A stretch of 32,000 bases of DNA from Wolbachia endosymbiont of Drosophila innubila (lineage in GTDB: Bacteria; Pseudomonadota; Alphaproteobacteria; Rickettsiales; Anaplasmataceae). Below, in pieces: positions 1 to 9,760 of this stretch. Position numbers and translations under genes: made by a program. Each line of letters opens with the position of its first letter. Positions within the stretch are counted from its first letter, which is position 1. The notes beneath the pieces are model-generated. The model worked only from the letters and a program-made list of their open reading frames with translations, did not search any database and had not been told where the DNA came from. The stretch covers positions 900,001 through 932,000 of the forward strand of contig NZ_CP076228.1 in assembly GCF_021378375.1 (NCBI RefSeq). Reading direction: 5' to 3'.

Positions 1-1034
1 AGCTTATATAAATTTTTATACCCTTTTAAGGCAACAGTGTTCATTTCAATTTCAGCTGTGATATATGATTTACTGATAAATCCAACGGTTCCAGGAAATG
101 CAGCCATTGTAAGTATTGCGATTATAGCACACATGCCTTCCACTGACATCAGTTTACCCACTCCATTAAAACTAATTGTTTTTGTTTGTGAAATAATCGA
201 ATTACTGACCACAAACAATAATGATTGATAAACAAGAGAGAAGATTATATGCAGTATCAAAATTGGTATTGCTTTTTCCGAAGGACTGAGCAAACTTCCT
301 GCAATAATCAGCAAGCCCATTTGTCCTACAACGTTATAGCATAAAAATCTGCGAATATTTTGCTCAAGAGAAGCAAATATAATGCTGTAAATTGCAGTGA
401 TGGCGCCTACAAGCGCTAATATTTCAGTACAATCTTGCCATAGGTTATAAGTGTGTAAAAGCATCACTAAAAAAGAGACTTTAGTGGTAAATAAAGAGAG
501 ATATGTGGTGCCATGTAGCGATGCAGCAGGATATGCATCAACAACCCAAAATGAAAAAGGAAAACAAGCGCAGTTTATCAATAAACCCAAAATTATCAGG
601 TTAGTGCTTTGAAGTGCCAATCCTGCTATTAATATAACTCCAACGAAAAAGTGTACACAAGCGTACCTTATTGCAGGTCCACTATCTCTACAGCTAGCTG
701 CGATAATAAAAAATGCACTGATGGTCATTAATTCACAGAATATTATAACCAATATCATATGTTCAGATAAAACTGCATAAAGTGAACTAATAGTGTAAGC
801 AGCAAAAGATAGCATCTCTGAAAAAGTCAAATTTTGTGCTGGTAGAACAGCTAAAAATGCAACTGATAAAAAAGATATTAGTATGGTACGAAAAGATAAA
901 TCAAAATCTAGAATTGGGAGAGACCAATTTACTGCAATGCTCAAATTTTCAGGTAATTTTAGGACTATAACTATTAATACAGTCAGTAGAAGTAACAGTG
1001 ACGATTTATAAAGTTGCACAATAATTAAAACCAA
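1..1034 (-). CDS. Proton-conducting transporter membrane subunit (NuoN/MrpD-like), partial at window edge
   Basis: Continuous minus-strand frame by manual translation, absent from the ATG-only track: ILVLIIVQLYKSSLLLLLTVLIVIVLKLPENLSIAVNWSLPILDFD...LEQNIRRFLCYNVVGQMGLLIIAGSLL...AAFPGTVGFISKSYI. Multi-TM with motifs typical of the NuoN/MrpD family. Start probably TTG at 1034 or GTG at 1019. Confidence 0.75.
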   Translation of the reverse strand, partial: MVLIIVQLYKSSLLLLLTVLIVIVLKLPENLSIAVNWSLPILDFDLSFRTILISFLSVAFLAVLPAQNLTFSEMLSFAAYTISSLYAVLSEHMILVIIFCELMTISAFFIIAASCRDSGPAIRYACVHFFVGVILIAGLALQSTNLIILGLLINCACFPFSFWVVDAYPAASLHGTTYLSLFTTKVSFLVMLLHTYNLWQDCTEILALVGAITAIYSIIFASLEQNIRRFLCYNVVGQMGLLIIAGSLLSPSEKAIPILILHIIFSLVYQSLLFVVSNSIISQTKTISFNGVGKLMSVEGMCAIIAILTMAAFPGTVGFISKSYITAEIEMNTVALKGYKNLYK

Positions 1035-1142
1035 TATGGTTTATGCTATCTCAATATATGAATAAAATCAATTTGCATATTAACCACTAATTAAACTAAT
1101 TATCATATAATTATATCAGAGTTTAGAGGGTTATAGAGAAAC

Positions 1143-1175
1143 CGGTCAGATTAGGTTTTTAATCTAATCTGACCG
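1143..1175. repeat. Perfect 12-bp inverted repeat hairpin (CGGTCAGATTAG / CTAATCTGACCG, 9-nt loop)
   Basis: Read directly. Lies 3' of the GltD-like gene; no strong T-run on either side, so terminator function is uncertain. Confidence 0.6.
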
Positions 1176-1222
1176 ACAGCTTTAATAGTGAGGTAAGCTT
1201 TAATATAGCACTCCTAATTCAT

Positions 1223-1269
1223 AACGCTACACTCGTGCATAATTTATTTTTAATTTGTGCACGAGCGTT
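1223..1269. repeat. Imperfect hairpin (AACGCTacaCTCGTGCA / TGCACGAGCGTT) 3' of the GltD-like gene
   Basis: Read directly; AT-rich loop. Possibly transcription-termination related. Confidence 0.45.
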
Positions 1270-1322
1270 AGTAAATTATTTACTTTTTGAAATAAAATTT
1301 GGCATCACTTTAATATTGAGAC

Positions 1323-4205
1323 TTAGTAAACCTCAGTAGGTCTGCCAGTTGGGCCCATAAGAATTATTTGCTCGCCTTCTCTTAAGTGTCTGCATAAATT
1401 AGTGGAGCCGCCGATTTCCAGCACAATAGTGGAAATAATTCCTTTTTTTTTGTCTACTTCAGTGCCGGTTACGGCTATACCTTCCATAGCAAGGTTTGTA
1501 TTATTGGCTTTTCTGCCATTGGTTTCAAAATTTTGCAATCTAAAGAATTGCCCAGGCTTAAAATTCTTTGCCGCAAGTGGTGCTTTGATCACTATTTCCA
1601 CAACTTTGTCTGTTAAATATTGAACTTTTATAACCTTTGCAGTGAATTGCTCTTTGATTCTATTAAATAATTCTTTATTAGCCAAGTCTTCAACACTTGA
1701 CCACGCATTTTTTTTCTGGCCCACAACATCACACACTGGAATGACAGAAACGAAGCTATTAACTCCACTCAAAAGCTGAGAAATAATAGGGTAGCCGTTT
1801 TTAGCACTTGCCATAGCTTTCACGACGCTGCCACTATACGAAGGGTGAAGATCACCAAAAAAGCTGATTGTTTTATTGCCTTGCTTATACACTAATATTC
1901 TATCTTTATTTTGCATTTTAGGAGAAAATATTGGGTCTATTTCTTTTCCTGATGAATTCAAATGAGTAAAATACCCATTACTTAATTTAAAATGCTTTTT
2001 ATCTTCTGTTGCAATAACTGTATTTGGCTCAGTACCTGCTGCTATAAAAATAGAACGTGCTTTTATACGTTTGATTTCGCCGGATTTTGTGTCTATCAGT
2101 TTTATTAATTCAGCATGGTTATATTTATCCGTCACAACTTCAACTGGCTCTAAGTTTTCAATAAAGTAAATTCCTTCTGACAGTGCATTTTGCACCTCTT
2201 CGCTATTTAATCGATAACTTGGTGAATCTTTTAGCTCTTTTCTATATATAACTTTCACTCCCCCGAGGCTCTGCATTAACTCTAATATTTTTATTTCTCT
2301 ATTCTCTTTTTTTGCTAACTTTTGCTTTTCTCGGATCAATTGTGCGTGCGATATAAACTCATTCGCAATTTCGCGCTCTTCTTCTGTCCAATCTTTTTCA
2401 ACACAGTCCTTTCCATACTTATCAACTAATATCTCATAACGAAGAAGAAATTTTTCTACTTGAATTGGATAATACGCTAAAGCTTCAGTGGCAGTGTCAA
2501 TCGCAGTAAGCCCCGCCCCTATGACAACTATCGGCATACGAACTTGCAGATTTGCTATAGAATCAAATTTAAGAGCGCCAGTCAGTTGTAACGACATCAG
2601 AAAATCAGATGCCATGCGTACTCCACGAGCTAGTATGTTTTTTATTTTGATCATTCGTGGCTTACCAGAGCCAAGTGCTAGGGCGATGTGATCAAAACCC
2701 AAGTTGAACGCGTCATCAGCATTAATCGTGCCACCAAAACGAATGCCTCCATAAAGTACGAAATTCTCACGTCTTTCCAGCAGTAATCTAATAATCTTTA
2801 AGTAATTCTTATCCCACCGAGAAGTAATGCCATATTCTGCCACCCCACCAAACCCTCCTGCCGTGCGTTCACTCAATTTTTCGTGTTTGAAATCTTTAAT
2901 TAGCTGGAAATTATCGATCAAAGGTTCAATCTTTAGTCCATCAATGGTGATAACGTTATGCCCATCATTCAACAAATGATGAGCTAAATTAAAACCAGCA
3001 GGACCAAGGCCTACAACTAGAACGTTTTTTCCGGTGTTTTCTCTTGGCAATGAACGCTGAAAATTTAAAGGATTCCAACGGCTGAGCAGAGAATATATTT
3101 CAAATCCGTACGGTAAACTGAGCACATCATCCAGAATCCTTGTTTCAATTGCTGGCACATTTACGGGTTCTTGTTTTTGATATATGCACGAATTCATGCA
3201 GTCATTGCATATTCTGTGTCCAGTAGCCGCGCATAATGGGTTATCTATCATCACAATTGCAAGACTTGCTATGCTGTACCCTTCGCTTTTCACCAGATTC
3301 ATTTCTGATATTTTCTGCTCTAGTGGGCAGCCGTGCAGTTCAACTCTAAGTGGAGACTTTTTGAAAGTATTGTCATCATTAATTAGCCCCTTTGAGCAGC
3401 TATCCTTACTTTGCTTATGACAAAATATGCAGTAGTGAGCATTATCCAATGCTTTATCTAAACTAGCCTTTTCACTTGTTAGGTCAAAACCGTATCGTCT
3501 TTTTACTTCATTTGAATACAGCACTTCAACTTTGTCTACTTCTTTTTTAGAAAATGGTATGAGGTTTTCGTGGTCAATTTTTTTATGTATGCTAAATAAT
3601 ATACTCTGTTTATTTTTTACTCTCCACACTGCATATTGTGCCGCAAGTTCTATTTCCTCTTTGTGATTTTCTTTATCTTCAAACCAATGCATCACCTGCT
3701 CAGCAAAATTTTTTTCTGTTGTTGGCAAAGTGAGAAAATGACTTAGTTTGTTAGTAATATCTATATTCGCCACATTAGTGTATTTCTTCAATGCATAGCG
3801 TTGGACAAATAATCTTTTGCACTTATATATTACAGCAAAGTCGTTGTGCTTTTTCTTTAGCTCCTCTATTTCTTTTTCAACATTAAAAAGTTTTGCAATA
3901 AATTCATCAAGTAAATATGAGAGGTCTATAATGAGCTGGCTATCTGTCATCCAAGTAGCTGACCGTTCTTCTTGTTTTCTAGATCCCAGTGTCAAGCACT
4001 GGGATGACGGGGGGTGACACTGGGATGATGGGAGGTGACACTGGGATGACATCGAAGAAGAAGCTGCTTTTTCTCTTGCTTCAATTAATGAACAAAACAA
4101 GCTCTCATCACATGATTTAATATAATTCAAAAATGTCTCATCTAATTTTGTTAATCCATTGCGAGTATATAGATTCGAAAATGAGATTTTGAAATTCAGC
4201 TTCAT
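1323..4205 (-). CDS. GltD-like FAD/NAD(P) oxidoreductase with C-terminal ferredoxin-reductase-like domain, possibly C-terminally truncated
   Basis: 960-aa ORF. Cys-rich region (CHFCHK-type/CSKG.../HGCPLEQKISEMN), dinucleotide-binding GENTGKNVLVVGLGPAGFNLAHHLLNDGHNV, MPIVVIGAGLTAIDTATEAL, then FNR-like GQFFRLQNF...LMGPTGRPTEVY. Contains an in-frame repeat insertion near the N-terminus. Confidence 0.75.
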   Translation of the reverse strand: MKLNFKISFSNLYTRNGLTKLDETFLNYIKSCDESLFCSLIEAREKAASSSMSSQCHLPSSQCHPPSSQCLTLGSRKQEERSATWMTDSQLIIDLSYLLDEFIAKLFNVEKEIEELKKKHNDFAVIYKCKRLFVQRYALKKYTNVANIDITNKLSHFLTLPTTEKNFAEQVMHWFEDKENHKEEIELAAQYAVWRVKNKQSILFSIHKKIDHENLIPFSKKEVDKVEVLYSNEVKRRYGFDLTSEKASLDKALDNAHYCIFCHKQSKDSCSKGLINDDNTFKKSPLRVELHGCPLEQKISEMNLVKSEGYSIASLAIVMIDNPLCAATGHRICNDCMNSCIYQKQEPVNVPAIETRILDDVLSLPYGFEIYSLLSRWNPLNFQRSLPRENTGKNVLVVGLGPAGFNLAHHLLNDGHNVITIDGLKIEPLIDNFQLIKDFKHEKLSERTAGGFGGVAEYGITSRWDKNYLKIIRLLLERRENFVLYGGIRFGGTINADDAFNLGFDHIALALGSGKPRMIKIKNILARGVRMASDFLMSLQLTGALKFDSIANLQVRMPIVVIGAGLTAIDTATEALAYYPIQVEKFLLRYEILVDKYGKDCVEKDWTEEEREIANEFISHAQLIREKQKLAKKENREIKILELMQSLGGVKVIYRKELKDSPSYRLNSEEVQNALSEGIYFIENLEPVEVVTDKYNHAELIKLIDTKSGEIKRIKARSIFIAAGTEPNTVIATEDKKHFKLSNGYFTHLNSSGKEIDPIFSPKMQNKDRILVYKQGNKTISFFGDLHPSYSGSVVKAMASAKNGYPIISQLLSGVNSFVSVIPVCDVVGQKKNAWSSVEDLANKELFNRIKEQFTAKVIKVQYLTDKVVEIVIKAPLAAKNFKPGQFFRLQNFETNGRKANNTNLAMEGIAVTGTEVDKKKGIISTIVLEIGGSTNLCRHLREGEQIILMGPTGRPTEVY
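3945..4050 (-). repeat. Protein-coding palindromic repeat element inside the GltD-like ORF, including a 21-bp tandem repeat
   Basis: GTCATCCAAGTAGCTGACCG...GATCCCAGTGTCAAGCACTGGGATGAC..., also found in intergenic repeats of this window. Encodes SSQCHLPSSQCHPPSSQCLTLGSRKQEERSATWMTDSQ. Confidence 0.8.
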
Positions 4206-4250
4206 TGCTATACTATAAAGTGTACATGCTGTTTCTTACAGATGAAGATT

Positions 4251-4694
4251 TTATTTATTTTGCAATACTGCTGAGATTGTTGCTTCTGCAACTTTTTCTT
4301 CGCTAACAGATGCAATACACCTAAATTTGTATACACCTAAACACACACTTTGAATGTTAGCTTGAAGAATCAATGTGTCCCCTGGAGTAACTAGCTTTCT
4401 GAATTTTGCATTTTCAATGGATCTCAAGTAAACAACTTTATTTTCTATTGTTTCTTTACCTAGAACACATATAGCAGATGCCTGAGCTAGAGATTCAATT
4501 ATCAAGACTCCTGGCATTATCGGATGACCAGGGAAGTGGCCAATAAAAAATGGCTCATTGAAAGTCACATTTTTGATTGCTTTTATACTTTTACCAGGAT
4601 CACACTCTATAACTCTATCTACTAAGAGAAACGGATAAGAATGTGGTAGTGTTTTTATAATATCACTGATATTAAATTGCATAAGTCTATTCAA
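4251..4694 (-). CDS. fabZ: 3-hydroxyacyl-ACP dehydratase FabZ
   Basis: 147 aa; [18 protein letters not shown] and [26 protein letters not shown] hot-dog fold signatures. Confidence 0.95.
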   Translation of the reverse strand: MNRLMQFNISDIIKTLPHSYPFLLVDRVIECDPGKSIKAIKNVTFNEPFFIGHFPGHPIMPGVLIIESLAQASAICVLGKETIENKVVYLRSIENAKFRKLVTPGDTLILQANIQSVCLGVYKFRCIASVSEEKVAEATISAVLQNK

Positions 4695-5238
4695 TGCCTT
4701 TTAAAGCAAATTCAGGTATTTCCTTGTTTATATTGTTTAATACCACATCTGATAAATCAACTTCATCCATGGAGTATAAAACTTGGTTCTTTTTTGAAAT
4801 AAATAGTACCAAATCTATGTTGTTTTTTTCTGCCGTTTTTTTAGTGACTTCTTTTATCTTGTTAAAAACACTCTCTACTGCTTCTCTATAGCTTTCTTCT
4901 AAATGTAACATTTTTTTAGCATAATTATCTCTAACATTTACAGTGTGCTTATTAAATTGTCCTGTCTTTTCCTTTTTTGCTTCTTCTGACAAAAGGTCAA
5001 ATTCTTCTTTTGATGGCTTAAGTTTTTCTAACTCATTTTCAAATTCTTGTTGTAATCTAGAATTCTGCTCCTTTATTTGTTGTTGTATATTTTGCAGAGC
5101 AAGAGATTCATTGATGACTTTTTCACTATCGATAATTGCAGCCTTTGTGTTCTGAGGTTGATATCCTACAAACTTATACCCCACAAATAAGGAAATAATT
5201 AAGGCAATAACTGATATAAATAACTGTATATATTTCAT
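4687..5238 (-). CDS. OmpH/Skp-family periplasmic chaperone
   Basis: 183 aa; N-terminal hydrophobic segment, AAIIDSEKVINES, coiled-coil; located directly downstream of bamA. Confidence 0.8.
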   Translation of the reverse strand: MKYIQLFISVIALIISLFVGYKFVGYQPQNTKAAIIDSEKVINESLALQNIQQQIKEQNSRLQQEFENELEKLKPSKEEFDLLSEEAKKEKTGQFNKHTVNVRDNYAKKMLHLEESYREAVESVFNKIKEVTKKTAEKNNIDLVLFISKKNQVLYSMDEVDLSDVVLNNINKEIPEFALKGIE

Positions 5239-7575
5239 TCAAATCCCCGCTTCAATAGAAAATTTAACATTTGGTGATGGTATTATATCATAAGATTCCT
5301 TTACTAAAGGAAACCCGAAATCCAATCTAAGTCTACCAAAAGGAGAAAGCATTGAAAAGCCAAAACCTGGTGACACTCTCACAAGCTTGCTATCATAGTA
5401 TTTCCCTTCATACTTCTTATTTTTATCATCTAAGCCAAAAAGTGTTGCATAGTCAACAAATAGTGAGCCTTTGATACCAGCATAGTCATATAGTTTTGGT
5501 AGAGGAAAATCCACTTGCTGTGTTAGATTAAAATAAGTTTTGCCTCCTAATGAGCTTTTATTTTTGTCTTCTGCTCTTGGTCCAATACCGGAAAGGTCAA
5601 ACCCTCTAATCTCATTACCCCCTTTAAAAAAGTGCTGGCCAATGTTTAGATTTTCATCAGTATAAGAAAAAATATGACCTGCCGCCATCTTAAAGCGTAG
5701 CGTTATATCATCGTCAATTTTGCTTAATATAGGGTGCGTATAAAAAGATAAGAATTCAGATTTCAGGAAATTCACGTTTCCTCCCAATCCTGAAATATCC
5801 TGACTTAAGCGCAGTAAATACCCTTCTTTTGGAGTATAGAGGTTATCCAGTTTATTATATGCCAACGTGTATCCCACTGATGAAATCTGATGTTTACCTT
5901 TTCGGTCCAGTATTATTTCAGAGATATCGGTGTCTTGTCCACCCTTATTATCCATGTGTATATGATTATACTTATAAGAATAGCGAAGGGAATTAGTTAA
6001 GTTCTCTGTGACTTTATATGATAACTTTGTAAAAAATCCCATATCGCAACTATCAAAAGTAGTGTTTGGTTTATCTTGTTTTTCATAAAATACACCCATG
6101 CCTAGTGACGTATCAGAATCGTTAAAATTATTTTCAACAAACTCTAAATCAGTAGAAAATACGTATTGACTTTTTTCAAGAGCAAAAGAGAGCTCTTTTC
6201 CAGTACCAAATAAATTACGGTCTTTGAGGTCAATTTTAATCAATGCTCCACCAGGAAGAGACACACCTCCTCCCAAATACAACGAAGTAGTGTTTTTTTC
6301 TTTAACACTTAAGTCAAGATTTACTGCATTATCATTAACTGCATAACTATTTACTTTCACTGTTTCAAAAAAATCACTACTCATTAGTTTTTTACGTGAC
6401 TTTTGAATCTCAGATATATTGTACGCATCACCTTCTGCTACACTTAGCTTACTTCTGATCACTTTATCTAAAGTGCGATCGTTACCATCAATTGTAATTT
6501 GATTTATATAAATCTTTTTACCCGGCAGCACTCTGTAGGTTACATCTACAACATTGTCACGTTGTGCATACTCTGGATTAACTTTTGCAAATATATATCC
6601 TTTCTCATTTAAATATTTGTTTATTTTTTCTACTGTATTATTAATTTTAACTCTATTAAATATCTTACCGTTTTCCTCTGTTATAAAATCCAATATTTCT
6701 TCTTTTAGGCTCAAATCCTGAATTTCAGTTTCAATATTAACCTCATTATTTCCAAATAAATACTGCTGTCCTTCGTCAATCAAAAAAGTTAACTCTGTTT
6801 GATTGTTATTATCAATCTCAACAATTGGTTGAATATTATTTTGAATATATCCTTTAGATGAATAAAAATGATCGAGCAATTCTGTGTTAATCAATAGATA
6901 TTGCGGTGAATAATGATTTCCGCCTTTAAAAATAGCTCTAAATAACTTACTAAATATGTCATTACTATGTCTTTTGATAACTTGCTCTAGCTCATTTTCA
7001 GAAAAGTTTTTGTTGCCTATAAATCTTATATCCTTAATTTTAGAGGTTTTGCCTTCTTTTATTTTAAAAATTAGATTGACTCTATTGCCATCAAGCTTAT
7101 TCAGGTCATATTCAATTTTAACACCAATCTTACCGTTATTTCTATAAGTAGTGACTAAATTCACTAAATCGTTTTGCAATTTTGTTTCAGTTAAAATAGT
7201 TAGCGACTTTGATTGAATCACATTACTTAGCAGCTCTTTGCTGTTAAATAACTTATTGCCTTTTAACACTACCTTGTTAATCAGTGGATTTTCTTGAATT
7301 TTTATTACTAAATTTTTTTTATCATCTATGTAAGCATTAACACTAGCAAATAACTTTGTTTTATATAGATCTTTTATAATTGAGTCTATATCATCGTCGT
7401 TTATATAATCACCAGATTTTAGTTTTATATAGAACCCTATTGTCTGGTTGCTTACCCTCTCATTACCAATACATTTGACATCTTTCACCTGCACTTTTTC
7501 CGCAGTTCCTAAAGCAACAAGCAGGGCAGGAAAAGAAATAAAAACCACTACCAGTATATAAAATAGCTTTTTCAT
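5239..7575 (-). CDS. bamA: Outer membrane protein assembly factor BamA
   Basis: 778 aa; POTRA-repeat-like N-terminal half and a surface-antigen barrel with GGNEIRGFDLSGIGPR and FGFSMLSPFGRLRLDFGFPL. Confidence 0.95.
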   Translation of the reverse strand: MKKLFYILVVVFISFPALLVALGTAEKVQVKDVKCIGNERVSNQTIGFYIKLKSGDYINDDDIDSIIKDLYKTKLFASVNAYIDDKKNLVIKIQENPLINKVVLKGNKLFNSKELLSNVIQSKSLTILTETKLQNDLVNLVTTYRNNGKIGVKIEYDLNKLDGNRVNLIFKIKEGKTSKIKDIRFIGNKNFSENELEQVIKRHSNDIFSKLFRAIFKGGNHYSPQYLLINTELLDHFYSSKGYIQNNIQPIVEIDNNNQTELTFLIDEGQQYLFGNNEVNIETEIQDLSLKEEILDFITEENGKIFNRVKINNTVEKINKYLNEKGYIFAKVNPEYAQRDNVVDVTYRVLPGKKIYINQITIDGNDRTLDKVIRSKLSVAEGDAYNISEIQKSRKKLMSSDFFETVKVNSYAVNDNAVNLDLSVKEKNTTSLYLGGGVSLPGGALIKIDLKDRNLFGTGKELSFALEKSQYVFSTDLEFVENNFNDSDTSLGMGVFYEKQDKPNTTFDSCDMGFFTKLSYKVTENLTNSLRYSYKYNHIHMDNKGGQDTDISEIILDRKGKHQISSVGYTLAYNKLDNLYTPKEGYLLRLSQDISGLGGNVNFLKSEFLSFYTHPILSKIDDDITLRFKMAAGHIFSYTDENLNIGQHFFKGGNEIRGFDLSGIGPRAEDKNKSSLGGKTYFNLTQQVDFPLPKLYDYAGIKGSLFVDYATLFGLDDKNKKYEGKYYDSKLVRVSPGFGFSMLSPFGRLRLDFGFPLVKESYDIIPSPNVKFSIEAGI

Positions 7576-7583
7576 ATTTTATT

Positions 7584-8702
7584 TCAAAAAAGATCCCTAA
7601 TATCATTTGACATTCCAGTTGCCATAAGCAAAAACAACACTAAAGCACCAAAAATAGCTGCATATTTTTGACATTTCAAGCTTAAATCCCTACGTATAAC
7701 CGCTTCTATGATATAATGAAATAAATGCCCACCATCTAGCAGTGGTATTGGCAGCAAGTTAATTGCAGCTAAATTAGCTGAAATGATTGCCATAAAATAT
7801 AGAACCATAATAAATCCCTTTTTAGCTGATTGTCCTGAATATTTTGCGATTTTTATTGGTCCACCTATTTCACTTGCACTCCTCTTACCAACAATAATTT
7901 GAAAGATAGCTTTAATCGTTAAGCACATAGTGTGGTAAGTTTCACTTACTGATAAGCTCACAGCCCCAAGAAAAGACGACTGCTTTAATGTATTGACTGA
8001 AATAATCCCTATAGTTTCTCTTTCTATTGTGTTGCCAAAAACGTCTTTGCCCTTGATTATTAATGGAGTTAAACTGGTCCTGTGCTTCTCATTATTTCTG
8101 CTATACTCAATCTCCATTCTTGTTTTAGGATTCGACATTATCACACGTGAAATATCTTCAAAGTATTTTATTTTATGCTCATTGATTTGTGTAATAGTGT
8201 CACCTGGCAACAAACCAGCTTGCTTAGCTGCACTACCTTCGATTACATTTTCAATCACCGGTGGAGTGCGATAATAACCTGCTATGCTAAAAAATATTGT
8301 AAAAGCTATAACAGCAAATACCATGTTTGCAAAAGGCCCTGCAAAAACTACTGCTGCTTTTTTATGACGCGGTTTTGTATGAAATGAATACAATTTTTCT
8401 TCTTTCGTTAATTCTTGTTGATCAGCTGGGACACTCGCTGCATTAGTATCTCCTAGCATTTTAACATAACCACCCAATGGAACAACGCTTAATTTCCATC
8501 TAGTTCCAGACTTATCGTTAAAACCAAAAATTTCAGGACCAAAACCTATGGAAAAAGATTCAACTTTAACTTTGCATGCTTTGGCAACAACATAATGCCC
8601 ATATTCATGCACGAATACTATGACAGAAATTATTAAAGAAAATGATAAAAAATAATATATTCCATCGCTAAATTGATGGATAAGATTAGAAATTAATTCC
8701 AC
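7584..8702 (-). CDS. rseP: RIP-family site-2 zinc metalloprotease RseP
   Basis: 372 aa; HEYGHYVVAK, SFSIGFGPEIFG, PDZ-like region, NLAAINLLPIPLLDGGHL. Confidence 0.95.
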   Translation of the reverse strand: MELISNLIHQFSDGIYYFLSFSLIISVIVFVHEYGHYVVAKACKVKVESFSIGFGPEIFGFNDKSGTRWKLSVVPLGGYVKMLGDTNAASVPADQQELTKEEKLYSFHTKPRHKKAAVVFAGPFANMVFAVIAFTIFFSIAGYYRTPPVIENVIEGSAAKQAGLLPGDTITQINEHKIKYFEDISRVIMSNPKTRMEIEYSRNNEKHRTSLTPLIIKGKDVFGNTIERETIGIISVNTLKQSSFLGAVSLSVSETYHTMCLTIKAIFQIIVGKRSASEIGGPIKIAKYSGQSAKKGFIMVLYFMAIISANLAAINLLPIPLLDGGHLFHYIIEAVIRRDLSLKCQKYAAIFGALVLFLLMATGMSNDIRDLF

Positions 8703-8801
8703 CTGTATATTTAGATCTTAACAAAATGTTAAGTATATTAAAATGCGCCTCGCTTGACAAGTATTTAGTTTAACTTTTAAATTAAAAAAAGTTTAATTGT
8801 A

Positions 8802-9080
8802 ATGACAGATACCTCACTACTCAGAAGAAAATTAATATATAGAAGCTGGCATAGGGGTTGCAAAGAAACCGATATACTTTTAGGGCATTTCGCATTGAAA
8901 TATCTTGATAAATTTTCCTTAAGCGAACTAATCGAATACGAAAAAATAGTTGATCTTGATGATTACGAATTATATTGTTACATAACTCGTAAGACAAACC
9001 TCCCTCCTGGCTTGAATAGTCAGATAGTCAATTTAATTGCTTGCTTTATTGAAGCTAATCCTTTATGCACTCAAGATTAG
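8802..9080 (+). CDS. sdhE: Succinate dehydrogenase assembly factor 2 family (SdhE)
   Basis: 92 aa; LLRRKLIYRSWHRGCKETDILLG...YEKIVDLDDYELYCYI. Confidence 0.85.
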   Translation: MTDTSLLRRKLIYRSWHRGCKETDILLGHFALKYLDKFSLSELIEYEKIVDLDDYELYCYITRKTNLPPGLNSQIVNLIACFIEANPLCTQD

Positions 9081-9381
9081 TGATAATCTTATTTACCTTA
9101 TCTAGTACCTCAGTATATTCTATTCTTTTCTCGTTTCTATACTTTTCGCGCTCTTGATTTACTTCATCTAATCGCTTTGTTAATTCTAAAATTTTATCCT
9201 CAAGAATTAGTGCTGCAAGTAAGAAATTTAATGCATCCGAACCCTTACCTCCAGTTTTTTGAGATACAGAACTAACTAACTTGTCAAAACTATTAGCAAG
9301 GCGTAATAAATGATTCTCCTTCCCACTTTCGCAAGATATTTTATATGTGTTATTACGTATAACTATTTCTACTACTTGCAT
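9055..9381 (-). CDS. zapA: Cell division protein ZapA family
   Basis: 108 aa; VVEIVIRNNTYKISCESGKENHLLRLANSFD...LNFLLAALILEDKI. Converges with sdhE (26-bp overlap). Confidence 0.75.
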   Translation of the reverse strand: MQVVEIVIRNNTYKISCESGKENHLLRLANSFDKLVSSVSQKTGGKGSDALNFLLAALILEDKILELTKRLDEVNQEREKYRNEKRIEYTEVLDKVNKIITNLECIKD

Positions 9382-9453
9382 ATGGTGCTAAAAATTTCTA
9401 TCGTACAGTATAAACTCAAACCCCTACTTTCATCTTATTTATGGTATAAATTT

Positions 9454-9732
9454 TTATTCATTTATCAAATCAGATAATTTTTTACTGCTACGAAAATATG
9501 TTTTAAAGTATTGATTCTTTGTAAACTTCTGTAACATTAAATGGCTTGTTTCTTTCAAGTTATAACTTCTAACTGAAAAAGAACCAAACCCCCTAATTTC
9601 AACTCTATTATGATGTTTCAATGTGCTTGAAAGTATCCCAAAAAATCTATCAACTATAGCTGCTATAACAATCTTATCTAAAAAAAGATGTCTTTTTGCT
9701 ACCCTCGCTATTATATCAGACTTTGTTGCCAT
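9454..9732 (-). CDS. HU/IHF-family DNA-binding protein
   Basis: 92 aa; TKSDIIARVA...NRVEIRGFGSFSVRSY. Position next to rpsA is typical of ihfB. Confidence 0.8.
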   Translation of the reverse strand: MATKSDIIARVAKRHLFLDKIVIAAIVDRFFGILSSTLKHHNRVEIRGFGSFSVRSYNLKETSHLMLQKFTKNQYFKTYFRSSKKLSDLINE

Positions 9733-9760
9733 TTATATGAACCAAAATAAGTAAACCTTA

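Noticed and set aside
1143-1175. Strong rho-independent terminator call
   Set aside because: The stem is perfect, but it is not followed by a clear T-run on either strand; kept only as a hairpin.
1402-3420. Short plus-strand ORFs (1402-1623, 2488-2691, 3184-3420, 3817-4017)
   Set aside because: All antisense to the GltD-like gene; no independent support.
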